Source of the DNA: Podarcis pityusensis
Taxonomy: Eukaryota
Length of the DNA stretch: 64,000 nucleotides
NCBI GenBank assembly: GCA_964106645.2
Contig: OZ067040.1
Direction: 5' to 3' (one strand)
The notes under the pieces: generated by a model
Seen by the model: the letters and a program-made list of their open reading frames with translations, nothing else
Database searches by the model: none
Told to the model about the DNA's origin: nothing
In this document: positions 1 to 14,500 of the stretch, one piece after another
How positions within the stretch are numbered: position 1 is the first letter of the stretch
Layout of the letters: each line of letters begins with the position of its first letter
Program-made: the position numbers and the translations under genes

Positions 1-282
1 TCTGACATATTAGGCAACAAAAAATGAAATACAAACCCAGTCTGCAGTGGCTGTTATCTGTGGAGCCCAGCTAGTTTACATGCCACTGCAACTCCAGAGT
101 TGAAAATGACTACAAATGAAGTTTGTCTCAATACATGTTCGGATGAAAACTGTGACCAGCTTTTCACATAGTTGCAGCAGTCATTGGCTTGGACTTGTGG
201 GGACAGTCACCAGAACCCTGAAGTCCCTCTCCTTAAGAAGACCATTCACATCATCAAGAGGAGTTTCAGGAATTATACTTAC

Positions 283-3236
283 CATGTTGTTAAATTCAAC
301 CATTTTTGCAATAATCTTTTTGTCAATAGCAGGAAACAGGGTATTTCCAATGTACTCCATGTCTGCGGATGAGAGAGGGTCCACGAAAACCTACATCATC
401 AATATAATTAAATGGGGTGGGAGGTGAGACTCAAGTATTATTTTTATGTAGACACAGAAAAATGCACAGTACGCTTGCAAATGAAATAAAAATGATTCCA
501 TTTAGAAAGGAACTGCAAGGAGGACAAGAGAAATAGTTTTAAATGACATTATGGACTTGCCTGTGTGAATCTGTTCAGAAAAGATTTGGGCAACCCCTTT
601 CTGCCACCTCCTTGCCTGTAGGGATTCTGGCATCCAAAGATCTTTGTTTTCTTGTGTTGCACATGGAAGCTCATTCCCAACTCAGGAATGTAAATCTCTG
701 CCCGATGGTCAAAACAAGCATTCAGGCCTTCTAGTACCGACTGAGAAGCCAAGTTCAGCTATTTGAGAGAAACCAACAGGAAAATTTACACTGCCCCTCT
801 TCTTCACAACACACACGTTTGCCCACAAAACACCTTTAAATCTATAGCAAATAAGCAAAAGTACTGTAGTTAGCTCAGGAAAAGTTAACTTCAGATTAAC
901 ACAAATGCCCTGGTTATTTAGCTACTCTTTTGGCTTCAAGCTCCTTTTGCACAACTCAAAAGAGCAACAGCATAGCCCAGGGACGTCCAACTCCCAAAGA
1001 CTGTGATCTACTCACACTATAAAAAAACTGGCAATGATCTACCCATTGTTGTTGGATGGACCAAAGTTGTTGAGCTTTTTAGGAGGCCAAAACTGTTGAG
1101 CTTCTTTGGGGGGAGGGGGAGGAGGAGATCACTGAGGGGCCTGAGATCTACCAGGATCTACCAGTAGATCATGATCTGCCTGTTGGACACGCCTGGCATA
1201 GCCTAAAGGTAAATACAACTGTGAAGTCAATGAGGCTGTCGGAATCCACCCAGATAAATGCCATTGCTCAGGGGTAGAGTAGATGCCTTGTGTGCAAAAA
1301 AAGGTCCCAAGAATCAATGGCTAGCATCTTCAAGTGGCACTGTTTGAAACCCTGAGCTGGATGGACCAATATTATAAAGCCACTTCCTATGGATTCTATT
1401 AAGAAAGTGTTGATTTCAAGCTAATTCAGCCCTAAGACGGCACTTAAAAGGTAAGTAGTAGTTTTAATCTTCTGTAAACTGCAGCACATCCATGACACAG
1501 AACTCAAGCTGTTTGTCCACAAAATCGCCTTCTGTAACTGCCACCCCAGAAAAAGCAAGTGTGTGTTCTCCCACTGGAAAACTGAAGATAAAATCTGAGC
1601 AGCCTCTTGAATAAATGGGAGCAGCAGACTGTTCCAGGATACTTTCTCCACGTAAGGAGAATGCACTGTTAACTTTACCATGTTTGGATAAGAGCCTTTT
1701 AAAGTCCCCAAACAGCAAACTGAGACAGCTAGAGACCTCATTTTCCAAAAAAGGAACGAAAATCCTTTTTCTGTGCTACATTAAGCTGAACTCACCTCAT
1801 CTAATACAATCCAGTGTCCAGCTTTCAATGCTGCAAGCAAAGGTCCATCACGCCAGGCAAATTCCCCTCCTTTGCCCCCTTCAACAGGTAAGTCTGTGCC
1901 AAACAAATCTGTGACGTCCTGGATCAGAAGGAAGAAAAGTCAAGGTTTCCAAATGCATGTGAAACAATTGCAATTTAGAAAAAGCTCTCCTAGGCTTGCA
2001 GTAATAATCCAGTAGCATTTATACCAAGAGTTATAAATATTTTGTTCTATGCATCTGTTGCATCAGCCAGTAAGTGCATTCTATGAACAAAAATGAAACC
2101 CAAGAGTAATTTTAAAAATAAAGAAAGATAATTCTAAACCATTAAGATTTTAACCAATATTCAAGCAGCAAACTTTGATCAAGGTTCTTTGCATCTGTAT
2201 TTTAGGCAGTTTGTTTTGATCATTCACACCAATAGATGGATCACAATTCTAGCAGAATGTGTCCCTTTACTAGACAGGAAAAGGAATATAATGCTTCCTC
2301 TTAGAATTAATCAACAATACACCCCTTATTAAACTTACCTATTTCTAAGCATCTTCCCCCTCCCCAATCAATTAGGAGTATTCTCAAGATTTGTGAAAAC
2401 TTAACACCTGTTAACTTGCAAGTATAGACTCTCACATTCACAAGTACAGGTATTTCAGTGGAGACCACAGTAATCCCTACCTACCGTTTGTTCAGAAAGA
2501 TTGATTCTAACAAGGCAATTTCCAGAAGCCTTTGCCAAGGCTGCTACTAGGCTGGTTTTCCCAACACCTGGAGAGCCTTCCAGGAGAATGGGCTTGTTAA
2601 GTTGCAAGGCCCTTAACAACCGCTGTGCATTCATTGCTGTAGTTCCTGCATTTAGAGCGTAGTCTGAGACATTGTTCTTCTGGTAAATAGGGCCTATAGC
2701 ACAGAGAAAGCAAATAAAAAATTAATTAGATTACAGGGTAAGATGATCAACATTTTTGCTCTAGTGAAAGTACTAGCTCATCAGACAGAATAACGGTACC
2801 AGATCAACATTCATCTTGATGCAGAGGGATTTTCCTCCAAAGTTTTGTTTTTTGTATTTTTGCAATCTCCCCTAATCTCCCCTCTTTTTAATGGGTGGTG
2901 CAGGCTTAGCTATATTAAGCAACGGCACTCCTGTCTTAACATCTGAAATACACAGAATTATGATACTTAACAATTCTAACTACAGATTGTGGAGTAAAAT
3001 ATTTGAATGCTCCGCCATTAAAGCTCTTAAAAACTCCATGCATATCGAAAGCTAGCATGCCAGAGCGAAGTCTAAGCCAAGTGCCTTCATCTGAGAAAAG
3101 AGCATTCAAGCACTCAATTAGAAATGGAAGGGTCTTGGAAGGACTGTAACAAATTATTTTTTCTGCATGTTTGTCATCTCTCACGCATTCTGCTCTTAAG
3201 TCATCGTAAGTGGCACATCACCATTCAAATTGTACT

Positions 3237-3282
<46 letters not shown>

Positions 3283-6200
3283 TACCACCAAAAGAGTTCC
3301 TTGCCTGTTGGTATGAAAAATGGGTGGATTCCTATGTGGTTCTCCATCCAAACCATTTCCCTTTCCCTCTTCAGGTCATATATTTTCAGCTCATTCTTCT
3401 GAACCTCAGTGAGTTGCACTACTTGGGAAATTTTCCCACACAAATATTCCAGGCATTTTTCACGAGCCAAAGCAGCTGAGCCAGCCGAACAGGACATGGT
3501 GCCTACATAGGGGGTAGAGGGAAGAAGAGATAGTTATATGTCAATGGTGGAAATGAACATATAGTTAACAGTAAGATATGGCCAAAATCTGTAGACAGGT
3601 TGTAATGCACACTCTGTAGCACAAACACTATACGTTGCTTGCATGCGTCTTGAGACCGTTTACTATTTTTGTTCCAAAATGACAAACTTGCTTTAAACCC
3701 TTGCGTAGTTCTCATCCAGGGGTTGAGGGACCTCCTCCCCAATAAACGATCTGAACTATTCAGAAATAAAGCAAAGAAACTGAAGACATACCTGAACCTA
3801 TTCCATCTATGTACACCAGACATGCAGCATGGACAAATGTTGTCACTGGACAGACGCTAAAAAGCTGGTGCTCCTCTGAAGAACTGGATAGTTTGTCTTG
3901 CGCCATAGCATTCATGAAGCTGACCCACGACAAAACATCCCGGATGCTGAGGATACAGTGGTGTCCAAATTCTTGATTGGTCAGCCACTCTATGAAATCC
4001 ATCATGAGCCCTGCAATATCTGCCCCTGGGAAAGGTGATTAGATGGAGAGAAGAGAAAAAATACATAAGACACAGACCTGAAACAGAATATGTTTTGCAG
4101 TAATTCACAATGACCCACAAGGGATGCAGAGGCCTCTGTACATAATTTTTGCAAGATAACTGAATAGAAGTGCTTAAATGTTTTTACATAAATATTTGCA
4201 AGAGTAGAAAGGGTTGCATGCTTTAAAAAAAAACCATCCACAAGTGAATCAGCAGATGCAAAATTCAAAACATGCTTTGATCCTGCAACTTCATTGGTCT
4301 CTTTGTCCACAGTGACTGAACTTTGGCCCAGACCATTACTTTAAGCCTAAGAGGACAAACATTCATCTTAATGCAGAGAATATAGCCAAGGATAGAAAAA
4401 ATAAGAGTGTATGTTTCATCAGCACTACTTATTTTTTCATCCTTCATTTAAAACCTTGGATAATAAAGAACCTAGGTCAGACCTGTATAACATGCACATA
4501 TATTTGGACTAGAACAATCCTTAGATGTTCAATTTGCAAGAGCTTTTTCCGACAGCAACTTACAGCTGTGTTCAAATGAGGTCTCTGGTGACAATATGCA
4601 TAGCAACCTCTGCCTATACCACAGAATCTAGTCACTGAATTCCAAACTTTTTTTTATCCCTTTCAATGTACTAAGAGCTCGAACTGTTCTTCCTTAAATC
4701 ACTGTCCAGGCAATGATAAAATTTAAGCAAAAGGAAACTGATTTTGCACTTAACATGACCCCAGTATTATGCAAATATATTTCAATTCCACAATCTAGGT
4801 TTATCAAGTATAGAATTTGGAACATACAGCATCTGAAACATACTCAAAGGTAAGCACTCCTATATTCAATTTGTCATACTGCCAGATAAACATGCATTGG
4901 ACTAAATCTCAAGTGAAAAATTGCAGTGTCGCAAGATCACACCTGTTTGCAATTTCTGTTATCTGCTAGTCATGTCTGAACAACAGGTAAGTGGTACCTT
5001 CAGTCTGTGCCATTTGTAGCAGGAGTCCCATGGGACTTCTCCACAGGAATATTATTCAGCTTAGAGAAAAACCTATGGGCAGCGTTTAAGAGAGTGAGAC
5101 TATTTCAGAACCGCCTGAACTAACTTCTTAGCTTTTAGAATCTGAGAGAAGCTGACTTGCAAGAACAGAAGGTCTTTTAGAAGGAAACCCCACTGGGACA
5201 CAGAAACGGAGGAGTGCAGGCTGGTTACTAGGGAGAAAGGTACTCAGAAGTGATTGCAGAACGTTTTTCAGCAACAAAACCACTTCACTGGTTTTGAAAC
5301 TGCTTTAGCAGTTTCATAAAAGTCTCTTTTGACTGTTAACATCTTTTCTGTTCTTTCTCTTTTCTATTCTCTTTCTGGCCTACAGAGGATGGAAAATCCT
5401 GCCTGAATGTGATTAAACCAGCAGAGCATGGCAGCCCTAAAACTCACTAGAGTAAGAAGAGAAAGCTTTAAGGAAGAGGGGAGAGGTGCTTCTTAATCTG
5501 GCCAACACTGGCATGTGACCCTCGTGCTGAAAAGGTCTCCCATTACTGATATAAGCAGAGGGACACCCAGAGAGAATAAGTAGGTGATGGAGTTGGTGAA
5601 CAAATACCTCTGATATTTACCTTTGTCATTCTGTTTGGCAAAGCAGAGTCCTGGATGAAGATTATGGTTCACAATTTGCATTAAATCCACACGGTTGTTA
5701 CTTTGCGGACACCATATTTCTGTAAATCTATTACGCAAGGCAGGCGACAGCTATGGGCAAGAAAATATGAAGTGCAGTTATTATGAAGGGAACTGCTCAG
5801 AGGAAAATTTAAGAATCCTCAAAGAGGGTTACTGGGATAAAAAGAGAGAACAGAAGAATTATAAAACGAGGGAAAACATATTGCTATAAATAATGTGTAA
5901 GAGAGTATCAAAAAGCACAATAGGTTAGAATAGTGTGTGTCAAAGAACAAAACTGCATAAAAATGAGTTTTACTTTTTTTAAATGAATGTTTTATTAGAC
6001 CTAATTTATCCTTAGAAAAATGATTTACTCATACAAACATACTTGCAGCTTAATAGTCTTGATATTTTATGACATTCCCAGAGGAGAATGACATTAATTC
6101 CTGCCCCTGAAATTCCTAATAGTCTTATAATATGATCTACTACAGGATCCCAAACCAACACACACTTCTTTATGCTGCATTTTCTTCATCATCACTAATT

Positions 6201-9200
6201 TTATTAATCTCAACCATTTCCACATTTTTCCGATGAATTCTATCTATCTAGGAAATAACACATTTACTCAGTTCCAACAATCAAACAATCAACAATCAAA
6301 TTAGCTGTCAGAGCTCCATGTGGAGCTAGGTCGGGGCAGGGAATCTTTTTTCAGTCTGATGGCCACCTTCCCCTGCAAAGGATCACTATGTGGTGAAACA
6401 AATGAGATATGAATTTATACTGAAACAGCTTTTCCTAACCGTTTAATATTATTTTAGTACTCTTTACTCCTTGAAATGTAACCTACTTGACTTGAAAGGC
6501 CTGGTAGTAAGAGCTTTCCTGTCTCTTCCTCCCTGTGGTAATTAGGTCATAAATAAAAGAACTGGGAGTGTGAATGTGTGTGGTCTTTCTTACAGATAAG
6601 GGCATGAGGCTCCCAAGCAGCTGTAGCCTGCGAAGGACAGCCATGTGATAAGGGAAATGTAACTATCAAAGAGCCTGGGGTCTGGGAAAGGTAGGATGTG
6701 GGACTGGTTGCAATGCCTTACAAGCTTCTAGAAAAACCCTAAGGCCAAGTTGGCATAAGCATTTTTTTCATTCCTAAAACTACAGGTAATTGAAAGTAGC
6801 AGCCAGCACAGAACGGCATTTTCTTACATTACCTCTTTCTTCCCAAAGTCGCCGCCAGGATTCATTGTGGCTAAAATGCGAAACTTCTTTCCTGCAGTCA
6901 GCAGTTCTACTTCATTGTCCTCACTGGCTTTTTCAGCCAACACTAGCGTCTTTTCAGTTTCAAGGACGCTGAAATAAAACCACGTTCTCAATATTTGCTC
7001 TCGTTAAATTTCCAAATATCCATACAAAACACTAGAGACTTGCCTAATCGACAGAAGCTTTGCAACTCTTGTTGTTCAGAGCAGCAAGAATCAGAAGAAG
7101 CCAGGGAAAAGTTAAGATTTATCCAATTTGCATTTGTGAATGACACGCCAAGGCAAGAGACTAAAAAATGCCCAGTTTTCAAGTACATACCTATTTAGTC
7201 TTTCAAGAACAGAATCATCTGCCAATGAAATCTCATCCATGAGAAAAAAGCCATCCTCTCTCATTGCTAAGACAAGGGCTCCATCATGCCATTCAAACAG
7301 CCTAGAACCATCAAACTCCTGTTTGAAAGAAAAAGGGAAAGTCTGATCAAGTGTGTGTGTGTATACATACATACATACATACATACATACATTTACAGAC
7401 ACGCACTTGGTGGATTTTTCAAGCTCTCAATTATATCAGGCACCATAATGCCAACTTACCTCATCCTTTGATCTCTGTCTAACAGGTCGCAGTCCACCCA
7501 GGAAGTCAGAGGTCTCCATGTGCAAGTGACAGTTCACAGAATGTAATTTCCGACCAGCCAATGCTGCAAATATCTGACAAATAGTAGTTTTGCCACACCT
7601 GCATAACAAAAAGCTTGCAGTCAATTAAACTCCAGTGACTTGTCTGTTGCTCTACGCAAAAAATAAATAAAACTAATAATGAATATATTGAAGACTGGTT
7701 TACCCGGTGTCTCCAACCAGAAGTATAGGTTCACCAAACTCTAATGCTCGGCCTGCCAAAATGGCAAGCCTTGTCATCCCTTGAGTCCACACAATGTGAC
7801 TGAATTCATCGCCCATTATAGATGTCCACGTAGATGCTTTAGCTGGTTCAAAGTGGTAATGGGTTTGAGAAAGAAAACAAACAAAAACAAATTAATTAGC
7901 TTTAGCCAAACATTAAATCTTCTTTTATTATTGTTAGCGTTTTTCAAATTTACCCATTTGTTTCTTTACACTTTCTTCTGAGAAGAGGCGCTGAGGATGC
8001 AGCTTTCTCTTAAAGTGTTTTTCAATGACTGTTTGGATAACGTCAACTTCTTCTTGTTTCCTGACCCTTCCTGCCAGAAGCATAAATCCTAGTAAAAGAA
8101 AGACAACAGTTCATCAGGATGTTCACCGCTTTTGAAAAATGGTTGAAATGTGGCTACTGAACTGGACACACTGGCTGTGTAAGTTGAAAAGAAACGAGTG
8201 GAGACTCACCGTCATTTGCTAAATGCTGAAGCCAGTCATACTCCTTCTCCATCTGTTCTGCTAATCGGTACCTTTCAGCCCAGCGAAAGAGATCCCGAAG
8301 GGTAATGAAACCATGCTTGCCAGCAAACACTGAGGAACCTCTGCGATAAGACTAGATTTAAAAGGACATAAAAGCATTCATGATCCAACACAATTTTCTG
8401 TACCCACAACTGCATTTTCCACTACTCTTGCAATGCCTCCCCTCCTTACCGCCAATTCTCCAAGTTGTCTTCGTAGCATTTATTTGTCCAAATTTCACCA
8501 ATATTTCAGTAATGACCATCAGTCCCCTGAGCCAAACATATTCTGGTAGGTTGCTATGTAGCTCAACAATACCCCGCTCCAACCCCCCCCCCCAAAGCCA
8601 CTAAATGTGTGCGCCTTGAGTATAAGACACCAAACTACAACTAGGGCTCAAGTGACTTCTCTATTATTTTCCCACTAAAAGAAAAAAGATTACTGTCCAT
8701 ACCTGCAACTCCAGCATGACTTTGACAAGTTTACTGCAGTACGAAGGTGGAAGGTGGCATCTTTTGTGCAGGATGGTTTCTAGCTCTGTACTTGGTAGCT
8801 CATCAAAATGCAGCTCCACAAATCTGTTCCTGAAAGCTCTGGACAATACCTTAAGACACACACACAAAAACCACCTGTCAAGTGTTAATCTACTGAGAAA
8901 TTCACACACACTGAAAACTTAACACGAGTTTCCCACCCTCAAACAGTCAGCTAGTATTTCATGGCCACTGAACATGTTCATACTCAATGGGTTTGCCCTC
9001 TTAATACCCCCCCCCCGAAGATTTCGGTGCACGTCTGCAAACAGTGGGGTTCTCCCAACTCTGTTGACACCTCTCTCTTGTGTTTGGATGGTACCATTTT
9101 GGATTGGCAACTTGTAGACTGATTTCACTATTGGTTCTGGATATGCTACAAAGACTAGAGCGTTTGACTAGGAGTGGCGAAGACTCAGGTTCAACTCACC

Positions 9201-9993
9201 ACTTAGTTATAAAGCTCACTTGGTGATCCTAGGCCAGTCTTTCACTCAAACTATCACTCAGCCTAACCTACCGCACAGGACTAAGGTGAAAGAGAGAAAT
9301 CACATATGCCACCATAAGGTCCTTGAAGAAATGGTGGAGTGTACGTGTAAATAGCAGTATCAAAAGAAAGCCAGCTTCACCTGAGGAAACTATGTATGTA
9401 CCTTCCTGCCTCCATAGAGCCCTGGAGGATTCTGTGTAGCAAAGAGCATGAATCTTGGGTGAGCTTTGACTGTTTCTTGGGTTTCTGTTATGAACAGCTC
9501 TCTGTTGTCATCCAATAATCTGTTCAGGGCCTCCAAAACATCAGTGGGTGCCAGGTTGAGTTCATCCAGGATTATCCAGTAGCCCTTTCGCATAGCATCA
9601 ATGAGGACACCTATGAAGCATTTACAGAAAAAAAGAAATAAATGAGTTGCCCACTTGAGGCAAGCCAGGCAAGCATCTTTTTGAGCAAGTAGGAGAGCCA
9701 GCTGGCAAGGAAACACTGAGTGACTGAGGTAATAATCAAAGTCCTACCTTCCTTAAATATCAGCTTCCCAGATGGATCTGAAGTATAACAGCCAATGTAC
9801 TCCTGGATGTCAGTATGTTCATGATTGTTAATCCTAACACAATGGTTCCCGGTTGCAGCAGCCACCCAGCGTATTAAACTGGTTTTACCAATGGATGTGT
9901 CTCCTTGAATCAACACTGGATAGGTCCTTAAAGAATTAGAAAACAGCCAAGTTGGATATTGTGTTCTATGGTGGTGAATTATTACTATAACTA

Positions 9994-10038
<45 letters not shown>

Positions 10039-11524
10039 TACTATTACTATTACTATTACTATTACTATTATTAGAAGCTACAGTGGTACCTCCATTTAGG
10101 AACAACCCTGTTTACAAACTATTTGGTTTACAAACTCCACAAAACTGGAAGTAGTGTCCCGGTTTGTGAACTTTACCTAAGAATGGAAGCTGAACGGTGG
10201 AAGGCACCGGCAGTGGGAGACCTCATTAGGGAAAGCGCGCCTCGGTTTTAGAACTGTTTCGATTTAAGAATGGACTTCTGGAATGGATTAAGTTCATAAA
10301 CTGAGGTACCACTGTACCTGAAAAATTTGCTGAAGTTCAGAATAAACAAGTCAAAACTAAGGACAACTGACAACAGTATTTGTGCTTCTTAATTGTCGTG
10401 TTATACGGCTCCTCCAGCAAATGGTACAGCTGAAGTCCAACATACCCAGCTGATACAACTCTGACGATGTCTCTGAGGTTAAGTTTAACTGAAGCTGTGA
10501 GCACATAAGTCTCATCCACGGTTGGTTCCATGTCGCCAATCGAAATCCAGTATCCCTCTACCTTAATCATTCTCCCTCCTTTAGGCTCTGGTAACGACTA
10601 GAAGGACATTACAGAAACAAAACCAGTTTATGTTATGAACTGCTATCTCCGCATAATAGCAATGTTCTTTGTTTAGCTAAGCAACACACTCTTAGAACAC
10701 CAGAATACATGTGGTATTTCCTTCATATGTGAGATGCAGAAGATTTATCACGCTCTGGTTATGGTATAATACACCAAGCAAGCACAGAGTCTACACCTGG
10801 GAGGAGAGATATATTAACACAATGCGTTAGACTCCCTCTGAGAACAGAAGGACTCTTTCCATTCATGGAAGGTTTCTGATCCAGCAGGCAGCATCTCACT
10901 GGCAGAAGAGGATGAAAGGTGTTTTTTTATTATTTCCCCTTCATCCTGAACCCCCCCCCCCCCGAATCACCTTTCACACTATTCTAGAAACAGCCCCAAC
11001 AAACTGAACAATATTTCCAAATGCAGAAGGAAGGGGAACTGGAAAAAGTCACCTTCTCACCTTTCCATCAGCAGGAATGAACTCTAGATCTAAGCCAATG
11101 TATTTCCAAACCTTACATGGATTCAGCATTCCCGTAAGTGGGATTTCACTTATAGGGTGCTCCTATGGGGATTGGGTGGGGTGGGGAGGGAGTATTTTGT
11201 CAATTTCCACTTTCTCCTGCAGACCCGTCCAGATGGTTGGGGGACTTTTGAAAACAGTGTGAAAGGTACTGCTAGGGTGTGCGCAGATGAGATCAGGAAC
11301 AATTGTCTCCCACCTTCCTCCAATCGAGAGGCTTTGATTAATGTCAGACCATTCAGCAAACAGAATGCAACCTTCCAGGTGAAAATGGGAAACCCTTGAT
11401 TTAATCCAGGGTGGGTAAAATTAAACTCAGAATTCAAATTGAGTTTTGTTCTGTTTTATGTATTTTATGTCATAACCAAAAAAAATTCTGAGGAGGAGGG
11501 GAGAACTCAAACTGAGAACAATTC

Positions 11525-11564
<40 letters not shown>

Positions 11565-14500
11565 AAGAATTTACTTGCCTGCTTGAGGATGTTTTTCACG
11601 TTTCCAGACAGAATATGCTGACATATTAGCCTTTGAACAACAGGGTAAGAACTTCTGTCAAGCTGGGTGAGGAAACCCAAGCAAAAGCCCTATTGAGAAG
11701 AAAACAGATTTGGGGTTTTTTAAAGTAGCTAGTTTCAAAGAGATTTTAATTGCTAACGCCAGAGAATTTCTCTCTCTCTTTGTCTAAAGACAAAAGGGAA
11801 GAGAGAAGGAAGTTTTAGGAACAGAGAACAAAGATAGTCACCTCATAAAGAGAGCGCTGTATGCTGCAGCATGGGTTGGATGATGCAAATCTCAAAGCTC
11901 TGCAGAGAGTACGAAGGCTGTAATGAGGTCTGTGGCCTGTCCCATCTACCAGTTTTGTTTCACACTCCTTTCTCACAGACAAATAAAAGCTGCAAAATCA
12001 AAGGGTTATTTATATGAAGCATATTTTTCATGTATCACACTCATTTTTCTACCATATTAACAGGAGGTAATTTATCTAGGGGCTTGATACCTCAATGTGC
12101 TGCGGAGTTCCTTTTCCTGAATAAATATTGTCCCCTTCAGGATTGAATAATTCTTCACTCCGTATGGTTGCTAACCAACCCAGGTAAGGCTCAGTCTATA
12201 TATCACATATCAGTCTTCCAGAACATCTGGTGAAGGACTACAACTCCCACAACTCCCAGTCAGCTTGGCCAACAGATATGATGGGAGATGCAGTGTAAAA
12301 ACAACAACAACAACCTGGAACGCACCAGGTTAGAGGAAACTGCCATAAAATATAAGCTCAATTCTAAATGTCTGTGCTAAGCCAAAATGCTCCCTTGCCT
12401 AGAAGTGGAGCACAGCTATGAAAGAGCTAGGGAACATCTGTATGGGTGTAATGCTCAGATTCTCCTCCTTTTAGGCTTCATGTTGTATATATGCATAAAT
12501 AAACCATATATCATAAAAACACCACAGGCTCTACTGTGCCTCATTTTTCCAAAAGGAAACACAAATCATGGGTTTATCATGTATGGGACCTCTGGAATCT
12601 CACACCACTCATAGAAATTGGAGTCGTGTGTTGCAGTATATACAGAGTGAGGCCCTCTCTGAGATAGTCCCTAAATATTCAGATGTATCTATTTAACAAA
12701 ACTCAAAGAAACCTGTAAGCATTTCATAAAATATAACATTAAAATTATTGATAATTTAGGTATTTAAGACAGCCAAAATATTAAAAACAGTGGTTAAAAA
12801 TAAATTCTTTCCCCTTCATATTAATCTCACCCCAGCCATGGAAAATACAGTGGTGTAATACATTATCCAATAATAGTTTTCTGAAGAAATTAAGTCTTCA
12901 AACAGGAAAATTCCTCAGAAATTTCAGGAGTTAAGAGTTAGAATGAACTTCTGAATCACTGTCAGAGAGAAGAGGGCATCCATGTTACACTAATGTAGAA
13001 TAAAATTGAAATACTCAAGGCTTCTGATTAAAATTTATTCAAATATTGGGGCTTAGAAAAGCAGGGGAAAACCCATATATCTTGACTGACAGTGACATTT
13101 GCTAAGACAATGACACTCAGGGAGTGGAGCTCACACTCATTTAGTAAAAACAGGGAAAGCAAGTGGGATGCACATCTGGAATCTGGTGCACAATTTAAAT
13201 AAATTATTTGACATTCTGAACTGTAATGAGCTCAAAGAAATGGCAACTCATAGAGGAAGTTCAAAAGGCAGAAAAGCGCAGTCTGAACTCTGAATTCCCA
13301 TCACCTTCAGCCTGTGTATCCAAAGGTCAGGGATGATAGGAGATGCAGTGCAGCAACTTCTGAGGACCACAGGTTAACTACCCCCGTTTCAGAAATACCA
13401 CACTACAAGTCAGTGCTTTTTTTTCTTAAAAAATGTTTAGGGGTACCCTCATTTTCCTACTCATATTGAAATACTGCGCCTTAATGAGGCAAACTTAGAT
13501 TCACAAAATGTTTAGGGGTATGCGTACCCCTGCGTCCCCCTCCCCAGAAAAAAAGCACTGCTACAAGTTAAATACAACAAAACTTTCCCAAAGACTCTCT
13601 TATAAAATCTTACAATTTATACAGTACTTTCTGTTCATCAAAAACTTACTTTATGATCCCTTGCACTACGCTCTTGCTCACATTCAGCCCTTTGAGATAA
13701 TCCATGATAAGAATCTGCAAGTCTCCTTCATTTTGTAATTCTTCTACGTAAAGTTCAGTGAACCTACAAGACATTACATTGTAAAACACCTGTCTGCTTA
13801 TTGATACCAAAGTCTGATATTTGATCACAGCCCCTTGCCTGTCGACATCACAACCAATTACAAACGTACTGAATTAAAGACTAGTAATAGAGTAACATTC
13901 GGTGAAAGCTTGCAGATTACTTAGAAATCACATAATTCAGCATGCAGAAGGTCCCAGGGTCAACCCCCAAGAGCTGTAATTAAAAAGGAGTCAGGTAGCA
14001 AGCTTAGGAAAACATCTGCCTTTGGTCTTGGAGCACTGCCCCCGCCATCCCCAAACCTTTCTAGAAGGTTGGGGAAACCCCAGAACAGATTAGGGGGCAC
14101 ACAGAGGAAGGGGGAGAGATGCCCTGCCATGCAAGCAGAAGTCATTCTTCTCACACAAAGCACTACTTAGAGCTACACTGAATACAACCCCAAAAGTTAA
14201 AACATACCATTAAAAATTAAAACATTTTAAAACATGCAAAAATATTTAAATTGCACTTCTATTGGCTTATCTGAACATTAGTTGTTTCTGGAAAAATGCA
14301 GACCTTTTATCATAGGTAAATTTTGGCATCTTTTCATCTGCTATACACTCAAACCTAGGGTATTGGGTTTTCTATGATATTGCTGCTGAATTATTTTGAG
14401 CTCTGCAGGGGCAGTGATAACACCATGCATGTGTCACTGATGTCACACTGTCCGTAAGTCAAAACCTGTTGAGAAATTCAGTGGGGAAATGAAAGTGCAA

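Noticed and set aside
3124-3497. PolyQ, polyA and polyC ORFs across the CAG repeat
   Set aside because: The repeat is intronic. Only 3305-3502 on the minus strand is MDN1 coding; the rest is read-through.
9611-10105. 164-aa ORF with poly-Asn
   Set aside because: MDN1 exon 24 extended by a MITE end and a TAT microsatellite.
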